Shown here piece after piece: positions 29,801 to 44,800 of a stretch of 64,000 nt of DNA. Location: NCBI RefSeq assembly GCF_009914755.1, contig NC_060937.1. One strand, written 5' to 3'. Made by a program: the position numbers and the translations under genes. Position 1 is the first letter of the stretch. Every line of letters begins with the position of its first letter. A model generated the notes under the pieces. It was not told the DNA's origin. It saw only the letters and a program-made list of their open reading frames with translations, and did no database searches. Origin of the DNA: the human T2T-CHM13v2.0 reference genome, Homo sapiens.

Positions 29801-32800
29801 TATATTGTATACTGTATATAAAATATGAAGGTACTTCAAATATATATTATATGCTGCACATAAAATATCAAAGTACCCAAGGTATGCATTACATACTGTA
29901 CATAAAATATCAAAGTACACAAATTATATATTATATACTGTACATAAAATATGTAGGTTCATCAAATATATTTTATATTCTGTACATAATATATCAAAGT
30001 ACATCAAATATATATTATATACGGTACATAAAATATCAAATTACCCAAAATATGCATTATTTACTGTACATAAAATATGAAAGTAACCAAACATTTATAA
30101 TAAACTGTACATAAATTATCAAAGTACTCAATCTACATATTATATACAGTATATAAAATATCAAAGTACACAAACTGTATATTATATACTGTACATAATA
30201 TGTCAAAGTACCCAGAATATATAGCATACTGTACATACAATATCAAAGTACCCAGAATGTATATTGTATACTGTACATAAAATATGAAGGTACATCAAAG
30301 ATATATTATATTCTGTACATAAAATATCAAAGTACACCAAATATATATTATATGCTGTACATAATATATTAAAGTTGCCCATGTATACATTTTATACTGT
30401 ACATAAAATATGAAGGTACATCAAATATATACTATATGCTGCACATAAAATAACAAAGTATCCAAAGTATGTATTATATACTGTACATAAAATATCAAAG
30501 TACCAAAAGTATATATTACCTACTGTAAATAAAATATGAAGGTACCTCAAATATATATTATATTCTGTACATGAAATATCAAAGTACACCAAGTATATAC
30601 TATATACTCTACATAAAATATTAAATTACCCAAAATATGTATTGTATTGTGTACATAAATTATGAAAGTAACCAAACATTTATAATAAACTGTACATAAA
30701 ATATCAAAGTACTCAAACTGTATATTATATACTGTACATAAAGTATCAAAGTACCCAAACTGTGTAGTATATACTGTACATAAAATATCAAGGTACCCAA
30801 AATATATATTGTAAACTGTAGATAAAATATCAAAATACCCAAACTATATATTATATACTGTACATAAAATATGAAGGCACATCAAATATATATTACATTC
30901 TGTACATGAAATATCAAAGTACACCAAATGTATATTATATACTGTACATAAAATATCAAAGTACCCAAAGTGTATATTATATACTCTACATAAAATATGA
31001 AGGTTCATCAAATATATTTTATATTCTGCACATAATATATCAAAGTACAGCAAATATATATTATATACTGTACATAAAATATCAAAGTACCCAAAATATG
31101 TATTATATACTGTACATAAAATATGAAAGTAACCAAACATTTATAATAAACTGTACATAAAGTAACAAAGTACTCAAACTACATATTATATACAGTATAT
31201 AAAATGTCAAAGTACCCAAACTGTATATTATATACTGTACATAATATATCAAAGTACCCGAATATATAGCATACTGTACATAAAATATCAAAGTACCCAA
31301 AGTGTGTATTATACACTGCACATAAAATATGAAGGTACATAAAATATATATTGTATTCTGTACATAAAATATCAAAGTACTCCAAATATATATTATATGC
31401 TGTACATAATATATTAAAGTCGCCCAAATATATATTATATACTGTACATAAAATATGAAGGTACATCAAATATATATTATATGCTGCACATAAAATATCA
31501 AAGTACACAAAGTATGTGTTATATACTGTACATAAAATATCAAAGTACCCAAAGTATATATTATATACTGTACATAAAATATAAAATACCCCAAATATAT
31601 ATTATATGCTGTACATAAAATATCAAAGTACACAAAATATGTATTATATACTGTACATAAAATACCAAAGGACCCAAAATATATATTATATACTGTACAT
31701 AAAATATCAAAATACCCAAAATATATATTATATACTGTACATAAAATACCAAAGTACCCAAAGTATATATTATATACCGTACAAAAAATATCAAAGTAGC
31801 CAAAATATGTATTATACACTGTACATAATATATGAAAGTACCCAAACATTTATAATAAACTGTACATAAAATATCAATGTACTCAAACTATATATTATGT
31901 GCGCTACATAAGATATCAAAGTACCCATACTATATAGTATATACTGTACTTAAAATATCAAAATACCCAAAATATATATTATATACGTTACATAAACTAT
32001 CAAATACACAAAGTATGTATTATATACTGTACATAAAATAGCAAAGTTCCCAAAATATGTATTATATACTGTACATAAAATATGAAAGTACCCAACCATT
32101 TATAATAAAGTCTACATAAAATACCAAAGTACCCAAACTGTGTATTATATACTGTCCATAAAATATCAAAGGACCCAAAATATATATTGTAAACTCTACA
32201 TAAAATATCAAAGTAGCCAAAATACATATTGTATACTGTACATAAAATATAAAAGTACCCCAAATATATATTATATACTGTACATAAAATATCAAAGTAC
32301 CCATAATACATATTATATACTGTACATAAAATATCAAAGGACCCAAAATAAACATTATATACTGTACATAAAATATCCAAATACTCAAAATATATATTAC
32401 ATACTGTACATAAAATATCAAAGTACCCAAATTATGTATTATATACTGTACGTAAAATATCAGAGTACCCAAAATATGCATTATATACTGTACATAAAAT
32501 ATGAAAGTAACAAAACATTTATAATAAACTGTACATAAAATATCAAAGTACTCAAACTATATATCATATACTGTACATAAAATATCAAAGTACCCAAACT
32601 GTGTATTATTACATACTGTATATAAAATATCAAAGTACCTGAAATATATATTTTATACTGTACATAAAATATCAAAGTACCCAAAATATATACTATATAC
32701 TGTACATAAAATATGAAGGTACATCAAATATATATTATATCCTGTACATAAAATATCAAAGTACTCCTATTATATATTGTGTACTGTACATAATATATTA

Positions 32801-35800
32801 AATCGCCCAAATATATATTGTATACTGTATATAAAATATGAAGGTACTTCAAATATATATTATATGCTGCACATAAAATATCAAAGTACCCAAAGTATGC
32901 ATTACATACTGTACATAAAATATCAAAGTACACAAATTATATATTATATTCTGTACATAAAATATGTAGGTTCATCAAATATATTTTATATTCTGTACAT
33001 AATATATCAAAGTACATCAAATATATATTATATACGGTACATAAAATATCAAAGTACCCAAAATATGTACTATTTACTGTACATAAAATATGAAAGTAAC
33101 CAAACTTTTATAATAAACTGTACATAAAATATCAAAGTACTCAATCTACATATTATATACAGTATATAAAATATCAAAGTACACAAACTGTATATTATAT
33201 ACTGTACATAATATATCAAAGTACCCAGAATATGTAGCATACTGTACATACAATATCAAAGTACCCAGAATGTATATTATATACTGTACATAAAATATGA
33301 AGGTACATCAAAGATATATTATATTCTGTACATAAAATATCAAACTACACCAAATATATATTATATGCTGTACATAATATATTAAAGTTGCCCATGTATA
33401 CATTTTATACTGTACATAAAATATGAAGGTACATCAAATATATAGTATATGCTGCACATAAAATATCAAAGTACCCAAAGTATGTATTATATACTGTACA
33501 TAAAATATCAAAGTACCAAAAGTATATATTACCTACTGTAAATAAAATATGAAGATACCTCAAATATATATTATATTCTATACATGAAATATCAAAGTAC
33601 ACCAAGTATATACTATATACTCTACATAAAATATTAAATTACCCAAAATATGTATTGTATTGTGTACATAAAATATGAAAGTAACCAAACATTTATAATA
33701 AACTGTACATAAAATATCAAAGTACTCAAACTTTATATTATATACTGTACATAAAGTATCAAAGTACCCAAACTGTGTAGTATATACTGTACATAAAATA
33801 TCAAGGTACCCAAAATGTATATTGTAAACTGTAGATAAAATATCAAAGTACCCAAAATATATATTATATACTGTACATAAAATATGAAGGCACATCCAAT
33901 ATATATTATATTCTGTACATAAAATATCAAAGTACACCAAATGTATATTATATACTGTACATAAAATATAAAACTACCCCAAATATATATTATATACTCT
34001 ACATAAAATATCAAAGAACCCAAAATATATATTATATACTGTACATAATATATCAAAGTACCCATAGTATGTATTATATCCTGTACATAAAATATGAAAG
34101 TACGTCAAATATATATTCTATTCTGCACATAAAATATCATATTGCACCAAATATATATTGTATACTGTATATAAAATATGAAGGTACTTCAAATATATAT
34201 TATATGCTGCACATAAAATATCAAAGTACACAAAGTATGCATTATATACTGTACATAAAATATCAAAGTACCCAAAGTGTATATTATATACTGTACAAAA
34301 AATATGAAGGTTCATCAAATATATTTTATATCCTGCACATAATATATCAAAGTACAGCAAATATATATTATATACTGTACATAAAATAACAAAGTACCAA
34401 AAATATGTATTATATACTGTACATAAAATATGAAAGTAACCAAATATTTATAATAAACTGTATATAAAATATCAAAGTACGCAAACTACATATTATATAC
34501 AGTATATAAAATATCAAAGTACCCAAACTGTATATTATATACTGTACATACTATATTAAAGTACCCGAATATATAGCATACTGTACATAAAATATCAAAG
34601 TACCCAAAATATATATTGTATACTGTACATAAAATATGAAGGTACATCAAAGATATATTATATTCTGTACATAAAATATCAAAGTACACCAAATATATAT
34701 TATATGCTGTACATAATATATTAAAGTCGACCAAATATATATTATATACTGTACATAAAATATGAAGATACATCAAATATATATTATATGCTGCACATAA
34801 AATATCAAAGTACCGAAAGTATGTATTATATACTGTACATAAAATATCAAAGTACCCAAAGTATATATTATATACTGTACATAAAATATAAAATACCCCA
34901 AATATATATTATATGCTGTACATAAAATATCAAAGTACACAAAATATGTATTATGTACTGTACATAAAATATCAAAGGATCCAATATATATATTATATAG
35001 TGTACATAAAATATCAAAATACCCAAAATATATATTATATACTGTACATAAAATACCAAAGTACCCAAAGTATATATTATATACCGTACAAAAAATATCA
35101 AAGTAGCCAAAATATGTATTATACACTGTACATAATATATGAAAGTACCCAAACATTTATAATAAACTGTACATAAAATATCAATGTACTCAAACTATAT
35201 ATTATGTGCGGTACATAAGATATCAAAATACCCATACTATATAGTATATACTGTACTTAAAATATCAAAATACCCAAAATATATATTATATACGTTACAT
35301 AAACTATCAAATACACAAAGTATGTATTATATATTGTACATAAAATAGCAAAGTTCCCAAAATATGTATTATATACTGTACATAAAATATGAAAGTACCC
35401 AACCATTTATAATAAAGTCTACATAAAATACCAAAGTACCCAAACTGTGTATTATATACTGTCCATAAAATATCAAAGGACCCAAAATATATATCGTAAA
35501 CTCTACATAAAATATCAAAGTAGCCAAAATACATATTGTATACTGTACATAAAATATAAAAGTACCCCAAATATGTATTATATACTGTACATAAAATATC
35601 AAAGTACCCATAATACATATTATATACTGTACATAAAATATCAAAGGACCCAAAATAAACATTATATACTGTACATAAAATATCCAAATACTCAAAATAT
35701 ATATTACATACTGTACATAAAATATCAAAGTACCCAAATTATGTATTATATATTGTACGTAAAATATCAGAGTACCCAAAATATGCATTATATACTGTAC

Positions 35801-38800
35801 ATAAAATATGAAAGTAACAATACATTTAAAATAAACTGTACATAAAATATCAAAGTACTCAAACTATATATCATTTACTGTACATAAAATATCAAAGTAC
35901 CCAAACTGTGTATTATTATATACTGTATATAAAATATCAAAGTACCTGAAATATATATTGTATACTGTACATAAAATATCAAAGTACCCAAAATATATAC
36001 TATATACTGTACATAAAATATGAAGGTACATCAAATATATATTATATCCTGTACATAAAATATCAAAGTACACCTATTATATATTGTGTACTGTACATAA
36101 TATATTAAATCGCCCAAATATATATTGTATACTGTATATAAAATATGAAGGTACTTCAAATATATATTATATGCTGCACATAAAATATCAAAGTACCCAA
36201 AGTATGCATTACATACTGTACATAAAATATCAAAGTACACATATTATATATTATATAATGTACATAAAATATGAAGGTTCATCAAATATATATTATATTC
36301 TGTACATAATATATCAAAGTACATCAAATATATATTATATACGGTACATAAAATATCAAAGTACCAAAAATATGTATTATATACTGTACATAAAACATGA
36401 AAGTAACCAAACATTTATAATAAACTGTACATTAAATATCAAAGTACTCAATGTACATATTATATACAGTATATAAAATATCAAAGTACACAAACTGTAT
36501 ATTATATACTGTACATAATATATCAAAGTACCCAGAATATATAGCATACTGTACATAAAATATCAAAGTACCCAAAATATATATTGTATACTGTACATAA
36601 AATATGAAGGTACATCAAAGATATATTATATTCTGTACATAAAATATCAAACTACACCAAATATATATTATATGCTGTACATAATATATTAAAGTTGCCC
36701 ATATATACATTATATGCTGTACATAAAATATGAACGTACATCAAATATATAGTATATGCTGCACATAAAATATCAAAGTACCCAAAGTATGTATTATACA
36801 CTGTACATAAAATATCAAAGTACCAAAAGTATATATTACATACTGTAAATAAAATATGAAGGTACGTCAAATATATATTCTATTCTATACATAAAATATC
36901 AAAGTACACCAAGTATATACTATATATTCTGCATAAAATATTAAATTACCCGAAATATGTATTGTATTGTGTACATAAAATATGAAAGTAACCAAACATT
37001 TATAAAAAACTGTACATAAAATATCAAAGTACTCAAACTGTATATTATATACTGTACATAAAGTATCAAAGTACCCAAACTGTGTAGTATATACTGTACA
37101 TAAAATATCAAGGTACCCAAAATATATATTGTAAACTGTAGATAAAATATCAAAGTACCCAAAATATATATTATATACTGTACATGAAATATGAAGGCAC
37201 ATCCAATATATATTATACTCTGTACATAAAATATCAAAGTACACCAAATGTATATTCTATACTGTACATAAAATATCAAAGTACCCAAAGTGTATATTAT
37301 ATACTGTACATAAAATATGAAGGTTCATCAAATATATTTTATATTCTGCACATAATATATCAAAGTACCGCAAAATATCAAAATACCCAAAATATATATT
37401 ATATACTGTACATAAAATACCAAAGTACCCAAAGTATATATTATATACTGTATAAAAAATATCAAAGTAGCCAAAATATGTATTATACACTGTACATAAT
37501 ATATGAAAGTACCCAAACATTTATAATAAACTGTACATAAAATATCAATGTACTCAAACTATATATTATGTGCGGTACATAAGATATCAAAGTACCCATA
37601 CTATATAGTATATACTGTACTTAAAATATCAAAATACCCAAAATATATATTATATACGTTACATAAACTATCAAATACACAAAGTATGTATTATATACTG
37701 CACATAAAAGAGCAAAGTTCCCAAAATATGTATTATATACTGTACATAAAATATGAAAGTACCCAACCATTTATAATAAAGTCTACATAAAATACCAAAG
37801 TACCCAAACTGTGTATTATATACTGTCCATAAAATATCAAAGTACCCAAAATATATATTGTAAACTCTACATAAAATATCAAAGTAGCCAAAATACATAT
37901 TGTATACTGTACATAAAATATAAAAGTACCCCAAATATATATTATATCCTGTACATAAAATATCAAAGTACTCCTATTATATATTGTGTACTGTACATAA
38001 TATATTAAATCGCCCAAATATATATTGTATACTGTATATAAAATATGAAGGTACTTCAAATATATATTATATGCTGCACATAAAATATCAAAGTACCCAA
38101 AGTATGCATTACATACTGTACATAAAATATCAAAGTACACAAATTATATATTATATTCTGTACACAAAATATGTAGGTTCATCAAATATATTTTATATTC
38201 TGTACATAATATATCAAAGTACATCAAATATATATTATATACGGTACATAAAATATCAAAGTACCCAAAATATGTACTATTTACTGTACATAAAATATGA
38301 AAGTAACCAAACTTTTATAATAAACTGTACATAAAATATCAAAGTACTCAATCTACATATTATATACAGTATATAAAATATCAAAGTACACAAACTGTAT
38401 ATTATATACTGTACATAATATATCAAAGTACCCAGAATATATAGCATACTGTACATACAATATCAAAGTACCCAGAATGTATATTGTATACTGTACATAA
38501 AATATGAAGGTACATCAAAGATATATTATATTCTGTACATAAAATATCAAAGTACACCAAATATATATTATATGCTGTACATAATATATTAAAGTTGCCC
38601 ATGTATACATTTTATACTGTACATAAAATATGAAGGTACATCAAATATATAGTATATGCTGCACATAAAATATCAAAGTACCCAAAGTATGTATTATATA
38701 CTGTACATAAAATATCAAAGTACCAAAAGTATATATTACCTACTGTAAATAAAATATGAAGATACCTCAAATATATATTATATTCTGTACATGAAATATC

Positions 38801-41800
38801 AAAGTACACCAAGTATATACTATATACTCTACATAAAATATTAAATTACCCACAATATGTATTGTATTGTGTACATAAAATATGAAAGTAACCAAACATT
38901 TATAATAAACTGTACATAAAATATCAAAGTACTCAAACTTTATATTATATACTGTACATAAAGTATCAAAGTACCCAAACTGTGTAGTATATACTGTACA
39001 TAAAATATCAAGGTACCCAAAATGTATATTGTAAACTGTAGATAAAATATCAAAGTACCCAAAATATATATTATATACTGTACATAAAATATGAAGGCAC
39101 ATCCAATATATATTATATTCTGTACATAAAATATCAAAGTACACCAAATGTATATTATATACTGTACATAAAATATAAAACTACCCCAAATATATCTTAT
39201 ATAGTCTACATAAAATATCAAAGTACCCAAAATATATATTATATACTGTACATAATATATCAAAGTACCCATAGTATGTATTATATCCTGTACATAAAAT
39301 ATGAAAGTACGTCAAATATATATTCTATTCTGCACATAAAATATCATATTGCACCAAATATATATTGTATACTGTATATAAAATATGAAGGTACTTCAAA
39401 TATATATTATATGCTGAACATAAAATATCAAAGTACCCAAAGTATGCATTATATACTGTACATAAAATATCAAAGTACCCAAAGTGTATATTATATACTG
39501 TACATAAAATATGAAGGTTCATCAAATATATTTTATATTCTGCACATAATATATCAAAGTACAGCAAATATATATTATATACTGTACATAAAATAACAAA
39601 GTACCAAAAATATGTATTATATACTGTACATAAAATATGAAAGTAACCAAATATTTATAATAAACTGTATATAAAATATCAAAGTACTCAAACTACATAT
39701 TATATACAGTATATAAAATATCAAAGTACCCAAACTATATATTATATACTGTGCATACTATAGCAAAGTACCCGAATATATAGCATACTGTACATAAAAT
39801 ATCAAATTACCCAAAATATATATTGTATACTGTACATAAAATATGAAGGTACATCAAAGATATATTATATTCTGTACATAAAATATCAAAGTACACCAAA
39901 TATATATTATATGCTGTACAGAATATATTAAAGTCGACCAAATGTATATTATATACTGTACATAAAATATGAAGGTACATCAAATATATATTATATGCTG
40001 CACATAAAATATCAAAGTACCCAAAGTATGTGTTATATACTGTACATAAAATATCAAAGTACCCAAAGTATATATTATATACTGTACATAAAATATAAAA
40101 TACCCCAAATATATATTATATGCTGTACATAAAATATCAAAGTACACAAAATATGCATTATGTACTGTACATAAATTATCAAAGGACCCAAAATATATAT
40201 TATATAGTGTACATAAAATATCAAAATACCCAAAATATATATTATATACTGTACATAAAATACCAAAGTACCCAAAGTATATATTATATACTGTATAAAA
40301 AATATCAAAGTAGCCAAAATATGTATTATACACTGTACATAATATATGAAAGTACCCAAACATTTATAATAAACTGTACATAAAATATCAATGTACTCAA
40401 ACTATATATTATGTGCGGTACTTAAGATATCAAAGTACCCATACTATATAGTATGTACTGTACTTAAAATATCAAAATACCCAAAATATATATTATATAC
40501 GTTACATAAACTATCAAATACACAAAGTATGTATTACATACTGTACATAAAATAGCAAAGTTCCCAAAATATGTATTATATACTGTACATAAAATATGAA
40601 AGTAACCAACCATTTATAATAAACTCTACATAAAATACCAAAGTACCCAAACTGTGTATTATATACTCTCCATAAAATATCAAAGTACCCAAAATATATA
40701 TTGTCAACTGTACATAAAATATCAAAGTAGCCAAAATATATATAGTATACCGTACATAAAATATAAAAGTACCCCAAATATGTATTATATACTGTACATA
40801 AAATATCAAAGTACCGATAATACATATTATATACTGTACATAAAATATCAGAGGACCCAAAATAAACATTATATACTGTACATAAAATATCCAAATACTC
40901 ACAATATATATTACATACTGTACATAAAATATCAAAGTACCCAAATTATGTATTATATACTGTACGTAAAATATCAGAGTACCCAAAATATGCATTATAT
41001 ACTGTACATAAAATATGAAAGTAACAAAACATTTATAATAAACTGTACATAAAATATCAAAGTACTCAAACTATATATCATATACTGTACATAAAATATC
41101 AAAGTACCCAAACTGTGTATTATTATATACTGTATATAAAATATCAAAGTACCTGAAATATATACTGTATACTGTACATAAAATATCAAAGTACCCAAAA
41201 TATATACTATATACTGTACATAAAATATGAAGGTACATCAAATATATATTATATCCTGTACATAAAATATCAAAGTACACCTATTATATATTGTGTACTG
41301 TACATAATATATTAAATCGCCCAAATATATATTGTATACTGTATATAAAATATGAAGGTACTTCAAATATATATTATATGCTGCACATAAAATATCAAAG
41401 TACCCAAAGTATGCATTACATACTGTACATAAAATATCAAAGTACACATATTATCTATTATATAATGTACATAAAATATGAAGGTTCATCAAATATATAT
41501 TATATTCTGTACATAATATATCAAAGTACATCAAATATATATTATATACTGTACATAAAATATCAAAGTACCAAAAATATGTATTATATACTGTACATAA
41601 AACATGAAAGTAACCAAACATTTATAATAAACTGTACATAAAATATCAAAGTACTCAATCTACATATTATATACAGTATATAAAATATCAAAGTACACAA
41701 ACTGTATATTATATACTGTACATAATATATCAAAGTACCCAGAATATATAGCATACTGTACTTAAAATATCAAAGTACCCAAAATATATATTGTATACTG

Positions 41801-44800
41801 TACATAAAATATGAAGGTACATCAAAGATATATTATATTCTGTACATAAAATATCAAACTACACCAAATATATATTATATGCTGTACATAATATATTAAA
41901 GTTGCCCATATATACATTATATACTGTACATAAAATATGAACGTACATCAAATATATAGTATATGCTGCACATAAAATATCAAAGTACCCAAAGTATGTA
42001 TTATACACTGTACATAAAATATCAAAGTACCAAAAGTATATATTACATACTGTAAATAAAATATGAAGGTACCTCAAATATATATTATATTCTGTACATA
42101 AAATATCAAAGTACACCAAGTATATACTATATACTCTGCATAAAATATTAAATTACCCAAAATATGTATTGCATTGTGTACATAAAATATGAAAGTAACC
42201 AAACATTTATAATAAACTGTACATAAAATATCAAAGTACTCAAACTGTATATTATATACTGTACATAAAGTATCAAAGTACCCAAACTGTGTAGTATATA
42301 CTGTACATAAAATATCAAGGTACCCAAAATATATATTGTAAACTGTAGATAAAATATCAAAGTACCCAAAATATATATTATATACTGTACATAAAATATG
42401 AAGGCACATCCAATATATACTATATTCTGTACATAAAATATCAAAGTACACCAAATGTATATTATATACTGTACAAAAAATATCAAAGTACCCAAAGTGT
42501 ATATTATATACTGTACATAAAGTATGAAGATTCATCAAATATATTTTATATTCTGCACATAATATATCAAAGTACAGCAAATATATATTATATACTGTAC
42601 ATAAAATATCAAAGTACCCAAAATATGTATTATATACTGTACATAAAATATGAAAGTAACCAAACATTTATAATAAACTGTACCTAAATTATCAAAGTAC
42701 TCAAACTACATATTATATACAGTATATAAAATGTCAAAGTACCCAAACTGTATATTATATACTGTACATAATATATCAAAGTACCTGAATATATAGCATA
42801 CTCTACATAAAATATCAAAGTACCCAAAGTGTGTATTATACACTGCACATAAAATATGAAGGTACATAAAATATATATTGTATTCTGTACATAAAATATC
42901 AAAGTACTCCAAATATATATTATATGCTGTACATAATATATTAAAGTCGCCCAAATATATATTATATACTGTACATAAAATATGAAGGTACATCAAATAT
43001 ATATTATATGCTGCACATAAAATATCAAAGTACCCAAAGTATGTGTTATATACTGTACATAAAATATCAAAGTACCCAAAGTATATATTATATACTGTAC
43101 ATAAAATATAAAATACCCCAAATATATATTATATGCTGTACATAAAATATCAAAGTACACAAAATATGCATTATGTACTGTACATAAATTATCAAAGGAC
43201 CCAAAATATATATTATATAATGTACATAAAATATCAAAATACCCAAAATATATATTATATACTGTACATAAAATACCAAAGTACCCAAAGTATATATTAT
43301 ATACTGTATAAAAAATATCAAAGTAGCCAAAATATGTATTATACACTGTACATAATATATGAAAGTACCCAAATATTTATAATAAACTGTACATAAAATA
43401 TCAATGTACTCAAACTATATATTATGTGCGGTACTTAAGATATCAAAGTACCCATACTATATAGTATGTACTGTACTTAAAATATCAAAATACCCAAAAT
43501 ATATATTATATACGTTACATAAACTATCAAATACACAAAGTATGTATTACATACTGTACATAAAATAGCAAAGTTCCCAAAATATGTATTATATACTGTA
43601 CATAAAATATGAAAGTACCCAACCATTTATAATAAACTCTACATAAAATACCAAAGTACCCAAACTGTGTATTATATACTCTCCATAAAATATCAAAGTA
43701 CCCAAAATATATATTGTCAACTGTACATAAAATATCAAAGTACTCAATCTACATATTATATACAGTATATAAAATATCAAAGTACACAAACTGTATATTA
43801 TATACTGTACATAATATATCAAAGTACCCAGAATATATAGCATACTGTACTTAAAATATCAAAGTACCCAAAATATATATTGTATACTGTACATAAAATA
43901 TGAAGGTACATCAAAGATATATTATATTCTGTACATAAAATATCAAAGTACACCAAATATATATTATATGCTGTACATAATATATTAAAGTTGCCCATAT
44001 ATACATTATATACTGTACATAAAATATGAACGTACATCAAATATATAGTATATGCTGCACATAAAATATCAAAGTACCCAAAGTATGTATTATACACTGT
44101 ACATAAAATATCAAAGTACCAAAAGTATATATTACATACTGTAAATAAAATATGAAGGTACCTCAAATATATATTATATTCTGTACATAAAATATCAAAG
44201 TACACCAAGTATATACTATATACTCTGCATAAAATATTAAATTACCCAAAATATGTATTGCATTGTGTACATAAAATATGAAAGTAACCAAACATTTATA
44301 ATAAACTGTACATAAAATATCAAAGTACTCAAACTGTATATTATATACTGTACATAAAGTATCAAAGTACCCAAACTGTGTAGTATATACTGTACATAAA
44401 ATATCAAGGTACCCAAAATATATATTGTAAACTGTAGATAAAATATCAAAGTACCCAAAATATATATTATATACTGTACATAAAATATGAAGGCACATCC
44501 AATATATATTATATTCTGTACATAAAATATCAAAGTACACCAAATGTATATTATATACTGTACATAAAATATCAAAGTACCCAAAGTGTATATTATATAC
44601 TGTACATAAACTATGAAGGTTCATCAAATATATTTTATATTCTGCACATAATATATCAAAGTACAGCAAATATATATTATATACTGTACATAAAATATCA
44701 AAGTACCCAAAATATGTATTATATACTGTACATAAAATATGAAAGTAACCAAACATTTATAATAAACTGTACATAAAGTAACAAAGTACTCAAACTACAT

